Shown here: piece by piece, positions 25,806 to 34,933 of the stretch
Numbering within the stretch: position 1 is the first letter of the stretch
How the letters are laid out: each line of letters starts with the position of its first letter
DNA from: an uncultured Candidatus Saccharibacteria bacterium
GTDB lineage: Bacteria; Patescibacteriota; WWE3; 9FT-COMBO-53-11
Direction: 5' to 3'
DNA length: 64,000 nt
Assembly (NCBI GenBank): GCA_964348395.1
Contig: CAYGCK010000001.1
Coordinates: 85,018 to 149,017 of the forward strand
The notes under the pieces: model-generated
The model's input: the letters and a program-made list of their open reading frames with translations, nothing else
The model's database searches: none
What the model was told of the DNA's origin: nothing
Position numbers and translations under genes: made by a program

Positions 25806-26804
25806 GTGCAATCGAATTCAAGGGTGGACAGTTTAATTCGAATCTTTCTTATATCACTCCTTTTGTCGATGTTTTTTAGCTTCTCGCCTCCGGTCGCCTC
25901 TGGCGTACAGGAACTTTCCCTGGGTTTTAGTTTTAGCCCCCGCTACGCTGAGGAATTGGGACTCGACCCCCAATCATCCTACCTAGAACTTCTCGACACT
26001 TTTGATTTCACAAGCGTCAGGATCCCCGTCTATTGGAATCGGGTTTACCGGGATGGGATCTACGATTTTTCGGAGGTCGATTTTCTTATTCGAGAGGCGA
26101 AACGCCGCGGACTTAGCGTGGTTTTATCTTTTGGATACCGCAATTTCCGTTGGCCCGAATGCTATGCTCCCGAGGAGTTCAAGGAGGGAAGCTACGCCGA
26201 CTTTGAGCGAGAACTCCTCATCTTTGTCGGGAAGGTGACTGACCAGTTTGCAGGGGGAAGCGAGGTTGACGTTTGGCAACTTGAAAACGAACCTTTTCTG
26301 CACCCCCGTTGCAGATTTTTAAAGCTTTCTACCATCCGAAAGGAGATTGAGCAAATAAGATACTCGGATGATCTCAAGCGCCCAATCCTTTTAACCTTCG
26401 GCGGCGGTGAGGTTCTGGGATTTCCGCTTCTTTGGCCTCTTTATAAGGAAGCGGATATCATAGGCGCCAGTTACTATACGCGCATTCTCGACCCTTTATT
26501 TAGACGCTTTTACATGGACGTATATGCATTGGGGATACTGTCTCCCCGCGCGATTTGGAGGGAACGAGAGTTTATCGAGGGTAAAGATAGAGATTTTTGG
26601 GTTATAGAGGTTCAGGCTGAGCCATGGGCGGGCGACCCGAGAACCATGTCGCCCGAGATCTTAAAAAACAATTGGGATCTTCTTTTGTCGCAAGGGGCAG
26701 CGGACGGAGCTTATCTTTGGGGAGTTGAGTGGTGGCTCCGGGAGAAAGCGGGAGGAAAACCTCAACTTTTTGAAACCGCTCGGGAACTTTTTGGTACGAG
26801 GTAG
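25806..26804 (+). CDS. membrane-anchored GH5-like glycoside hydrolase (paralog of 1994..3016)
   Basis: Collinear with 1994..3016 (GFSFSPRYAEELGLD.., WQLENEPF). Confidence 0.6.
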   Translation: MQSNSRVDSLIRIFLISLLLSMFFSFSPPVASGVQELSLGFSFSPRYAEELGLDPQSSYLELLDTFDFTSVRIPVYWNRVYRDGIYDFSEVDFLIREAKRRGLSVVLSFGYRNFRWPECYAPEEFKEGSYADFERELLIFVGKVTDQFAGGSEVDVWQLENEPFLHPRCRFLKLSTIRKEIEQIRYSDDLKRPILLTFGGGEVLGFPLLWPLYKEADIIGASYYTRILDPLFRRFYMDVYALGILSPRAIWREREFIEGKDRDFWVIEVQAEPWAGDPRTMSPEILKNNWDLLLSQGAADGAYLWGVEWWLREKAGGKPQLFETARELFGTR

Positions 26805-26883
26805 GTTTGCTATCTTTAAGGTGGAAGGAGGTGAAGCCGCATAATCGCGGAAGTACCAGATGGTACCTCTGCGAAGCAGAAGT

Positions 26884-27090
26884 ATGGTGCCTAATCATCA
26901 TCACAACCTTATCCAACAGCTTTCCGAACTTATGGATTCAGTTTGGCGATACGAAAACCACTATATGCAAGACGCCTCATCCTGCGCCGATTGTCAAGCG
27001 CTGTGGGGAAAACTCAAAGAGCGGCACGAGGAGGATATCACTGCTCTCAAAAGTCACATCGCCGACCACGTTAAAGCTGGGGATTGGTAA
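26884..27090 (+). CDS. hypothetical small His/Cys-containing protein
   Basis: ORF reading MVPNHHHNLIQQ...CADCQALW... Confidence 0.35.
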   Translation: MVPNHHHNLIQQLSELMDSVWRYENHYMQDASSCADCQALWGKLKERHEEDITALKSHIADHVKAGDW

Positions 27091-27137
27091 GTTTAGTAGC
27101 AAGTTGCAAGTAGCTAGTAGTTAGTAATACTTGGGAG

Positions 27138-27464
27138 ATGGCTATCTCAATAGACGAGTTTAAGAAAATTGAATTGAAGGTAGGGAAGGTTCTAAAGGTC
27201 GAAGAGGTCGATGGGTTGGATAAGCTCTATAAACTCTCGGTCGATATCGGCGAGGGGGAGCCTCGAAATCTTCTTGCTGGTGTTAAGGAGTTTATGAAAC
27301 CTCAAGAGCTCGAGGGTAAGAGTATCGTGGTCGTCGCCAACTTGGAGCCCAAAGAGGTAAAGGGGATAGTTTCGGAGGGTATGCTTCTGGCCGCTGACGA
27401 GGACGGGCGGCCGATTCTTCTCACTCCAGAGGAAAACGTCGCCCCGGGAACGCCCGTCAGATGA
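27138..27464 (+). CDS. tRNA-binding domain protein (CsaA/Trbp111/EMAP-like)
   Basis: Typical Trbp111 pattern FKKIELKVGKVLKVEEV...LKLSVDIGEG. Confidence 0.8.
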   Translation: MAISIDEFKKIELKVGKVLKVEEVDGLDKLYKLSVDIGEGEPRNLLAGVKEFMKPQELEGKSIVVVANLEPKEVKGIVSEGMLLAADEDGRPILLTPEENVAPGTPVR

Positions 27465-28345
27465 ACGTCTTGGAACGAGCTGATCGCAAGCGAAATATCG
27501 AAGGCAACCCCGCAGGAGCGGTGGCGATTTTAGAAAAAGCCCTCCAAGACGCCAAGGACGAGGACCGGATACCTATTCTTCTCAAGCTTGCAAACTATCA
27601 AATCGACGTCGGGCAAGTGGAGGAGGCACAGAATTCCTTTAAGCAGGTCATTGACCTTGCCCGAGCGGGAAAGGAATACCTGGCTTTGGCCGATGCTCAG
27701 AGGAAGTGGGCCTATCTCCTTTGGCACCAACATGCCAATAAGGAGGAGGCACTTTCCCTAGCCCGTAGCGCTCTTAGGGCGCTGAAGAAGGATTCGAAGA
27801 GTTCCAGGAGAGAAAATCTAAAGGTAGCCGCCAACATTTTTGCGACCTTTGGCAATATCTACGGAGACTCCAAGGAGTTTAGGAAGGCCTCCATTTGGTA
27901 CCGCAAAGCTTTAGGCAGTGCTGAAGATGCGGGGTTCAAGGAGCGGACGGTGACGGTTTTGGGGGACTTAGGGAATCTATTTCTTTGGCGAAAAGACTAC
28001 TCAGAAGCCAGAGAGTATCTTCAGCAGGCGGCTAGGCGAGCCAAGAGGTATTACCGACACGCCTACCCTTCATCACTGCTGAGATTGGGTCGACTCTATC
28101 TTCAACAAGAGGATCTCCTGCGAGCTGAGAAGTTTGCTCGGGAATCTCTAGAGGCCTCTTTGAAAGGAGAGTGGGAGAGGGAGAAAGCCGACGCTTGGGA
28201 CTTACTTGGTGATATAGCTAGTGTTAGAGGGGGGAAACGGGAAGCAGAGAGGTTTTACCGGCGTGCGTTGGAAAGCTACCTTAAGATCAAACACATACCA
28301 AGTGCGGAGAGAGTTCGGAGTAAAATTAAAGCGCTGGTAAAATAA
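27461..28345 (+). CDS. TPR-repeat protein
   Basis: Repeated W..LG..Y....Y..A...Y..AL 34-aa periodicity. Confidence 0.65.
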   Translation: MNVLERADRKRNIEGNPAGAVAILEKALQDAKDEDRIPILLKLANYQIDVGQVEEAQNSFKQVIDLARAGKEYLALADAQRKWAYLLWHQHANKEEALSLARSALRALKKDSKSSRRENLKVAANIFATFGNIYGDSKEFRKASIWYRKALGSAEDAGFKERTVTVLGDLGNLFLWRKDYSEAREYLQQAARRAKRYYRHAYPSSLLRLGRLYLQQEDLLRAEKFARESLEASLKGEWEREKADAWDLLGDIASVRGGKREAERFYRRALESYLKIKHIPSAERVRSKIKALVK

Positions 28346-28350
28346 GGCGA

Positions 28351-28426
28351 GGGCGCGTAGCTCAACGGTTAGAGCACCAAGCTTATACCTTGGGGGTTCC
28401 TGGTTCGAATCCAGGCGCGCCCACCA
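28351..28426 (+). tRNA. tRNA-Ile (anticodon TAT/UAU)
   Basis: Manual fold: GGGCGCG/CGCGCCC acceptor, D arm GCTC-AACGGTTA-GAGC, anticodon stem CCAAG/CTTGG with loop CTTATAC, T arm CCTGG-TTCGAAT-CCAGG, encoded CCA. Confidence 0.75.
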
Positions 28427-28432
28427 GACGTT

Positions 28433-29296
28433 TTACTCATCACACACTCGATAGCTCACCTGGTCAAATAGTTCCCCGCTCGCTCTAACCACCGCAAGAG
28501 TCGCCTCGCAACCCTCGATATCGACTCTTACAAAGTGGTTATCCTGGAGTTTCGCCTTTGAAGAGCCGAGCGGCGCCCCGAGTGAGTAAGTCGTCGCTCC
28601 GCCCCCGCCGGTTACGATATAAACCACCCCACCTGCCTCGAGGCGCTCGTAGTTATGCTCGTGTCCCGAAAACACGAGATCCACTTGGTATCTGTCGAAT
28701 AAATGGACGAGTTTATCCTGGACTTGTGCGTTTGAGCCGTGGACGGTTCCCGAGGAGAAAGGTGGGTGGTGAAAGAAGACCACTCTTATGGTGGAGGTGG
28801 CTTTTGAAAGTTCCTCCTCGATCCAAGTAATCTGCGTGCTATCGAGGTTGTTTGTATCGAGCGAGATAAAAAGAGCGCCGCTCTCTTCAAATGAGTAATA
28901 ACGTCCGTATTCTTTAAAGTAGCTAAGGTAAGAGGATAGGGAGTCGCACTGGTAGTCGTGGTTGCCAGGTGAAGGGTAGATGGCCCTGCTTTCTAAGAAC
29001 TCGGCGTATATATCGCCAAAGCGGGTTTTATAGCCTTCCTTGGTCCCGCACGGGTAGACGACGTCTCCGGTCAAGATAGCAAACGTTGTCTCTTCCTCAT
29101 CCATTAGCGAAGCCAGCGCCTTTTGAACGTCTCCCCCAGTTCCGCTATCTCCAAAGGCGAGAAAGGAGAAAGCAGCTGTTTCGCTTGCTGGGGGTTGATA
29201 CTGGGGCTCTTCGATCCGGCGAGCGAAAATGATTAAGAACGCCGCCAAGAGGATTAGGGTCACTGTCGCGATTTTGAGGGCCTTATTAAACCTCAC
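28433..29296 (-). CDS. calcineurin-like metallophosphoesterase (secreted or membrane-anchored)
   Basis: Metallophosphoesterase motifs GDSGTGG, GDVVY, GNHDY, GHEHNYER. Confidence 0.8.
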   Translation of the reverse strand: MRFNKALKIATVTLILLAAFLIIFARRIEEPQYQPPASETAAFSFLAFGDSGTGGDVQKALASLMDEEETTFAILTGDVVYPCGTKEGYKTRFGDIYAEFLESRAIYPSPGNHDYQCDSLSSYLSYFKEYGRYYSFEESGALFISLDTNNLDSTQITWIEEELSKATSTIRVVFFHHPPFSSGTVHGSNAQVQDKLVHLFDRYQVDLVFSGHEHNYERLEAGGVVYIVTGGGGATTYSLGAPLGSSKAKLQDNHFVRVDIEGCEATLAVVRASGELFDQVSYRVCDE

Positions 29297-29375
29297 TTGT
29301 CTACATTAAAGAATATCAAAGGGTCTTATATTTTCTGGAATAATACCCCTTATCTTTTGCTAACATTCCTTATAG

Positions 29376-32000
29376 ATGGAGCAACTTGACAAAGCCTATA
29401 CACTCTCGACATCCCAGGTTCTCCGTGCCGCAGAGACGGCCGAGGGCGGGCTTTCCACTGAAGAAGCGGAGCGCCGTTTGAACAAGTTCGGCTCCAACGT
29501 AATTCTTGAGGAGAAGAAGTTTAAGACCTTGAGACTTCTCGCGTCCCAATTTAAAAATTTCTTTATCGTTCTCCTTATATTCGCTTCTATTCTTTCCTTC
29601 GCTTTCGAGTCCGCCACGAACGGTTTTGTACTTCTCGTGGTCGTGGCGCTCAACGTCGCGGTCTCATTTCTCCAGGAGCGAAAGGCTGAAAAGACCATTG
29701 AATCGCTTCGCAAGATATACCCCAACAAGGTTGAGGTTATTCGCTCAGGCGAGTCGATGCGAGTTGATATACACGAGATCGTGGTTGGGGATGTCGTCGT
29801 TTTGAGAGAAGGGGTGGCGGTTCCTGCCGATTTGAGACTTCTTGAGGAGAGCGACCTCAAAGTGGACGAGGCGGCCTTGACTGGTGAGTCCGTGGTATCG
29901 GAGAAGGTTACCAAGGGTCTTGGGGAGGGTGTAGCCCTAGGGGACAGAAAAAATATGGCTTTTGCCGGAACGCTGGTGGTTGCCGGAGAGGGACTCGGGG
30001 TCGTGGTCGCAACCGGTGGCGCGACAGAGCTTGGGCGTATCGCCGCCTTCGTCCAGGAGGAGGAGGAGCGAAGCCTCCTTCTTGAAAGAATTGCCCATCT
30101 TGGTGTTTGGCTGGTCGGTATATCCGCGATGCTCTCTCTTCTTATACTTGCGCTGGGGTTCATAAGAAGCCACGAGCTCATTCATACGGTAAACTTTGCG
30201 ATAGCGGTTTTTGTTTCGGCGGTACCGGAGAGTTTGCCGACCATAACCACCCTTGCGTTGGCGCTTTCGGCGCTTAGACTATCCAAAAGGAGAGTTCTTG
30301 TTCGCCACTTGGCTACGGCCGAAACGCTTTCCGGTATCGATCTTTTTGCTTTCGACAAGACCGGGACTCTCACACTAAACGAGATGTCGGTTGCGAAAAT
30401 CGTCTTGCCAAGCCGTGAGTTTGAGGTGACCGGAACTGGGTTCTCATCCGCGGGGGAAATTTTGGAGGGTGGTAGGGCAGTCGACCCCAAAAGCGATAAG
30501 GAGCTTTCGCGGTTCGTGAAGGTTGGGACGCTTTCCGCCTCCGCCGCCATACTGCCCGCCGGAGACGGCGGCGAACACTTTGTCGTTCGCGGCGACCCGA
30601 CCGAGGGGGCTTTCCACGTTCTCGCTCGCAAAGCGGGTGTGGGCACCGACCGTGCGAAGTTTATCAAAGACTTTACTTTCACATCGGCCCGCCGTATGAG
30701 ATCTCGGGTTTTTAAGGAGGGGGAGAACTATCACGTTTATGCCCTTGGGGCACCGGAGGAGATCTTGGCCCTGTGTCCCCAGCACGAGGAGGGTTTGCAG
30801 CAGCAAGCCGACGAGCTAGCTAGGGCGGGGTACAGGGTTTTGGCTTTGGCTACTAAAACCTATCGTGGAGGTGGGTTAAAGCGTGAGGAGGTCGAGCGGG
30901 ACCTAACGTTTGTTGGTTTTGGGGCGCTCCTTGATAAACCAAAAGAACACGTTGCGGATACGTTTAGAACGTTGAGGGGAGCAGGGATAAGACCAATCGT
31001 TATAACCGGCGATCACCCGGGGACGGCGCTCGCGGTTGCCAGAAGCCTGGGCCTTGAGGTGTCCGATAAAAGCGTCCTTTCGGGCCGCGACTTGGATGGT
31101 CTATCTGATGAGGAACTTATTAGGGTTGCCCCGCATATCTGGGTCTTTGCGCGTATCTCGCCGACTCAAAAATATCGGTTGGTTTCTATCTTCAAGGATA
31201 AGATGGGCCTTAGGGTAGCGGTTTCGGGGGATGGGGTAAACGACGCCCCAGCCCTCAAAAAATCCGACGTAGGAGTGGTGATGGGTCGCAAGGGCACCGA
31301 CGTCTCAAAAGACGCGGCGGACCTTGTCATTATGGATGACGAGATAGAGGCGGTCTTGCCGGCAATATCGGAAGCCAGAACCCTCTACGACAATATCAAG
31401 AAATTCTTTACCTTCCTTTTGTCAGGGAACTTTGAGGAACTTCTTATTATCGCGGCCGCGCTTGTATTGGGTTTGCCCCAACCGTTTACTACCATTCAAA
31501 TACTTTGGGTAAATTTTGTGACCGATGCTTTCCCGGCCTTTGCCCTAGCTTACGATCCTCCCAGCGAGGAAACGCTTAAGACCAAACCCCGGGATTTAAG
31601 CTCTAAAATGATTCGCCCCGTGCTCTTATACGCCCTTTTTCTAGGTGCTATATCACTTATCGGGGAGTCGTTCCTTTTTGTCTCTTATCTTCCCGACGTG
31701 GACTTGGCCCGAACCATGATTTTCACCGGAGCCGTATTGTTTGAACTTTTCATTGTCTTTTCTATAAGGACCTCCGGACCCATTTGGGAAGGTCTTTTTA
31801 CCAACCGCTATCTTATCTGGGCGTTTCTGCTATCTTTTTCGCTTCAGCTTTTGGCGATTTACCTCCCTCCCTTGCAGTCCGCTATGGGAACCGTCGCCTT
31901 GGACGCCGAGCATTTCGGCATCGTGGGGGCGTTTGTACTGGCGTCTTTGGTTATTACCGAAACCGGAAAATGGGTAGTTAGATTGCGCTCTGGTGGTTAA
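29376..32000 (+). CDS. P-type cation-transporting ATPase (type II-like)
   Basis: P-type ATPase motifs DKTGTLT, TGES, GDGVNDAPAL, and 10 TM helices. Confidence 0.9.
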   Translation: MEQLDKAYTLSTSQVLRAAETAEGGLSTEEAERRLNKFGSNVILEEKKFKTLRLLASQFKNFFIVLLIFASILSFAFESATNGFVLLVVVALNVAVSFLQERKAEKTIESLRKIYPNKVEVIRSGESMRVDIHEIVVGDVVVLREGVAVPADLRLLEESDLKVDEAALTGESVVSEKVTKGLGEGVALGDRKNMAFAGTLVVAGEGLGVVVATGGATELGRIAAFVQEEEERSLLLERIAHLGVWLVGISAMLSLLILALGFIRSHELIHTVNFAIAVFVSAVPESLPTITTLALALSALRLSKRRVLVRHLATAETLSGIDLFAFDKTGTLTLNEMSVAKIVLPSREFEVTGTGFSSAGEILEGGRAVDPKSDKELSRFVKVGTLSASAAILPAGDGGEHFVVRGDPTEGAFHVLARKAGVGTDRAKFIKDFTFTSARRMRSRVFKEGENYHVYALGAPEEILALCPQHEEGLQQQADELARAGYRVLALATKTYRGGGLKREEVERDLTFVGFGALLDKPKEHVADTFRTLRGAGIRPIVITGDHPGTALAVARSLGLEVSDKSVLSGRDLDGLSDEELIRVAPHIWVFARISPTQKYRLVSIFKDKMGLRVAVSGDGVNDAPALKKSDVGVVMGRKGTDVSKDAADLVIMDDEIEAVLPAISEARTLYDNIKKFFTFLLSGNFEELLIIAAALVLGLPQPFTTIQILWVNFVTDAFPAFALAYDPPSEETLKTKPRDLSSKMIRPVLLYALFLGAISLIGESFLFVSYLPDVDLARTMIFTGAVLFELFIVFSIRTSGPIWEGLFTNRYLIWAFLLSFSLQLLAIYLPPLQSAMGTVALDAEHFGIVGAFVLASLVITETGKWVVRLRSGG

Positions 32001-32024
32001 CCGATTGAGAGGGGGTGATAAAAA

Positions 32025-32207
32025 GTGAACTTTCTTGACCCATACAGGGAAAGGCTACATCTGCTGTTGGATATCGCTTCGCTAGTCGCCTTAGGTTTGG
32101 CAACATACGGGTGGTACACCGCAACTGACATTTGGCTAGCCTCAACCCAATGGATGTTGGTTTCGCTGTGGATTTTGGTATTGGCCGGTCACGTAAGAAG
32201 GCTGTAG
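32025..32207 (+). CDS. small two-TM membrane protein
   Basis: GGGGGTGA SD then GTG, 60 aa. Confidence 0.35.
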   Translation: MNFLDPYRERLHLLLDIASLVALGLATYGWYTATDIWLASTQWMLVSLWILVLAGHVRRL

Positions 32208-32219
32208 ATTTAAGGGATC

Positions 32220-33122
32220 TTACAGTTCGGCGAGATCCATCTTCTCCTGAGGAGCTGAGACCTCGATGTGGTCGAGGTACTTCTCGGTCGTTGAAAGGCG
32301 TTTGTGCCCCGCAATCTTCGAGACCAAAACCAGCGAGGCTCCGCGCTTTAGATGGTGAGCGATAAAGGTGTGCCTAAGATCGTTTACGGTCGCATCGTCG
32401 ATTCCAGCAAGCTCAAGATAGCGCTTGATGGTCGCGCGGATGTTTCTTACGAGAAGAGGTCTCCCGGTTCTTGTTATAAAGACGTGGTTGGACTTGGCGT
32501 TCTTGGGTCTTTCTTTTTCGAGATAGGTCTCGAGTGCCTTTTGTGCCCTTGAGTTTAGAGGAACTTTTCGCTCTGGGTGGCGGTTGAACTCTCTGATGGT
32601 CACCTCCCCAGCTCTTGTGCCTTTGCCAAACTTAATGTCCTCAAGACGAAGCCGCGACAATTCCCCGATTCTTACGCCGGTCTGAAGCAAAAGCTCGACG
32701 ATGGAGTAGGTTCTCGCGTCGTTTCGCACAGCGTCTCGAAGCGCTCTATATTCGGTTTCGGAAAGAATACGCGGAGGCTTGGCCTCAAATTTAGGATGCT
32801 CTACCAAAAGCGCCGGGTCGTCGGTTATAAACTCGTTGACCTTAATGTATCTAAAGAAGCTCTTGACGGCGTTGGTTTTTCGGGAAACGGACTTTTTGGT
32901 GTAGCCGCGCTTTAGGAGCTTGGCCATAAAAGCCTCTATATCGTCTTTGGTTATCTCGGCGATGTGCGCTTTCTCAAGTTCCTGAAGAAACTCGATAAGC
33001 TGGTCGATATCTTTACCATAGGCCAAAACCGTAGCGTGTGCCCGGTTTTTGCTCTTCAAATGGTCTATGAACTTTTGGTGCGCGTCTTTCATCGGTATCA
33101 TTATCGGATAAAAGAATAGCAC
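32220..33122 (-). CDS. tyrosine site-specific recombinase (XerC/XerD family)
   Basis: Catalytic signature R...HxxR...Y (LRHTFIAHHL, GHKRLSTTEKYLD) and an N-terminal SAM-like domain. Confidence 0.85.
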   Translation of the reverse strand: MLFFYPIMIPMKDAHQKFIDHLKSKNRAHATVLAYGKDIDQLIEFLQELEKAHIAEITKDDIEAFMAKLLKRGYTKKSVSRKTNAVKSFFRYIKVNEFITDDPALLVEHPKFEAKPPRILSETEYRALRDAVRNDARTYSIVELLLQTGVRIGELSRLRLEDIKFGKGTRAGEVTIREFNRHPERKVPLNSRAQKALETYLEKERPKNAKSNHVFITRTGRPLLVRNIRATIKRYLELAGIDDATVNDLRHTFIAHHLKRGASLVLVSKIAGHKRLSTTEKYLDHIEVSAPQEKMDLAEL

Positions 33123-33157
33123 TAACCCATAATAAAGTCAACAGAAGTACAACGCTA

Positions 33158-33643
33158 TTGGATAACGGTATCTATGGGAATGTTGATATAATTTTTCCGA
33201 TGGAACGACCTGCCCGTGGACCGCGAAGTAAAACCTTACACCGCGTTTTCTCGTTTCTCACTTCTGGGAAGATATTTCTTCCTCTTTTTGTTTTATCTAT
33301 GTTTCTTTTGGTTAAAAGCTTCTATGGCGTACGTTCAAAAGGAGAGGAGCTTTCACGTCTAGAGACAGAGGTGGAAGCTCTGGAGGGTAAGGTTGAGGAG
33401 CAACTGGGAGAACTCGACTACAGAAATTCGGAAGAGTTTGTCTATAAGGAAGCTTTGGAACAGCTCGGTTACACAAGGCCCGGTGAGGTGATTGCGGTCT
33501 TACCGGATTTTGAGGAGGGTAAAACCTTATCCGCAGAGGAGGGAGCGTCGTCCAATGAAGAGGAGGAACCTTCCGAGACCGCTGTGCAGGAGGAGCCCGC
33601 TCCCAATTGGAAGAGGTGGCGAATACTCTTTTTCGGCAGCTGA
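33158..33643 (+). CDS. septum-formation initiator family protein (FtsB/DivIC-like)
   Basis: TM helix, a coiled coil, and the signature EFVYKEALEQLGYTRPGEVI. The start codon is uncertain. Confidence 0.55.
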   Translation: MDNGIYGNVDIIFPMERPARGPRSKTLHRVFSFLTSGKIFLPLFVLSMFLLVKSFYGVRSKGEELSRLETEVEALEGKVEEQLGELDYRNSEEFVYKEALEQLGYTRPGEVIAVLPDFEEGKTLSAEEGASSNEEEEPSETAVQEEPAPNWKRWRILFFGS

Positions 33644-33810
33644 TCCAGCTAAGCTGGACTGGTTTGGATATAGAAACCTTTTGAATCCCCTGTTATCATG
33701 AAGATGAGCCCAAAGCGGGCTGGTGGAACGGTTTACCACGCGTGGCTCATAACCACGAGGACCTGGTTCAACTCCAGGGCCCGCAACCAGGCCTGCCTGT
33801 CGGCAGACAA

Positions 33811-33888
33811 GGCTGGGTAGCTCAGTCGGTTAGTAGCGCCGCCCTCATAAAGCGGAGGTCGTGGGTTCGAATCCCACCCCAGCCACCA
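33811..33888 (+). tRNA. tRNA-Met (anticodon CAT), elongator-type
   Basis: Manual fold: GGCTGGG/CCCAGCC acceptor, anticodon loop CTCATAA, T arm GTGGG-TTCGAAT-CCCAC, encoded CCA. A G1-C pair argues against an initiator. Confidence 0.75.
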
Positions 33889-33942
33889 CGCGGGTTATTC
33901 AATTTCCCCTTTTGCTGTGGTGAGTGTTATCATTTCTCTGTT

Positions 33943-34929
33943 ATGGCAAAACGAGTTTTGACAGGAGATCGCCCGACGGGGCCGTTACATTTGGGACATT
34001 ATGTCGGGAGCTTAAAGGCCCGTCTCGAACTTCAAGATAAAGGTGCCGAGGTATTTATTTTCGTCGCCGATTACCACTCTCTGACTCGCGGCATAAGCCC
34101 CGAGAGAACTAAGAAAATCAAACAAAACACCCGCGGACTTCTTTTGGACTACCTTTCCGTGGGGCTCGATCCCGAAAAAATCACCATCTATCGCCAATCA
34201 GACATTCCCCAGGTCGCCGAACTGGCGCTCCTTTTTGGAATGTTAGTCACCGTCCCGCGGCTATCGAGGGTTCCTACGCTCAAGGAGGTTATGAGAGACG
34301 AGAAGATACAGACCCCCTCGTTCGGGCTCTTGGGTTACCCGGTCTTGCAGGCGGCGGATATAGCGTTGGTAAAGGGCGAGGTGGTCCCGGTGGGCCGCGA
34401 TCAGGCCTCGCATCTGGAAGTGACCCGCGAGATAATCCGCCGGTTCAACGGCGATTTTAAGAAGGTCTTCCCCGTGCCCGAGGCCCTCATAAAGGGAGAG
34501 GTTCTGCCCGGGACCGATGGGCAAGCAAAGATGAGTAAATCCCTGGGCAACGCCATCATGCTCTCCGACGACCCCTCTACTGTAAAGAAGAAGGTCGAGG
34601 GGATGTATACCGACCCCAAGAGGGTCCACCAGAGTGACCCCGGGAGCGTCGAGGGCAACCCCGTCTTCTCTTATTTAGACGCCTTCGCTACCGACACCCG
34701 AAAGGTGTCGGAGTATAAAAAGCGTTACCGCGCTGGGACCGTAGGGGATGTAGAGATCAAGGGGTATCTGGCTGAGATTCTGGACGAATTTCTGGGACCC
34801 ATTAGGAAACGCCGAAGCCAATTGGTAAAATCTACCGAGTTGGATAAAATCCTAGAGAACGGAAGAGACAAAGTTTCCTCAATCGCCGACGTGACGCTTA
34901 AGGAGGCTCGCGAAGCGATGGGGTTGTAA
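33943..34929 (+). CDS. trpS: tryptophanyl-tRNA synthetase
   Basis: Class I HIGH-like GHYVG and KMSKS motifs. The start is placed after the tRNA because the ORF-track start at 33742 overlaps the tRNA. Confidence 0.9.
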   Translation: MAKRVLTGDRPTGPLHLGHYVGSLKARLELQDKGAEVFIFVADYHSLTRGISPERTKKIKQNTRGLLLDYLSVGLDPEKITIYRQSDIPQVAELALLFGMLVTVPRLSRVPTLKEVMRDEKIQTPSFGLLGYPVLQAADIALVKGEVVPVGRDQASHLEVTREIIRRFNGDFKKVFPVPEALIKGEVLPGTDGQAKMSKSLGNAIMLSDDPSTVKKKVEGMYTDPKRVHQSDPGSVEGNPVFSYLDAFATDTRKVSEYKKRYRAGTVGDVEIKGYLAEILDEFLGPIRKRRSQLVKSTELDKILENGRDKVSSIADVTLKEAREAMGL

Positions 34930-34933
34930 GCCG

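Noticed and set aside
33644-33810. Possible T-box leader upstream of trpS (GGUGGAACGG...ACCACGCG)
   Set aside because: It resembles the T-box motif only partially, and a tRNA gene sits between it and trpS, which is incompatible with T-box architecture.
32220-33888. XerD plus tRNA-Met as evidence of an integrated genomic island
   Set aside because: No tRNA 3'-end direct repeat or island-like cargo was seen, and the flanks are housekeeping (P-type ATPase, FtsB-like, trpS, ftsH).
33742-33942. Long N-terminal extension of the trpS ORF (track start 33742)
   Set aside because: The extension runs straight through a well-formed tRNA-Met gene (33811..33888). The conserved TrpS N-terminus (MAKRVLTGDRPTG) begins at the ATG at 33943.
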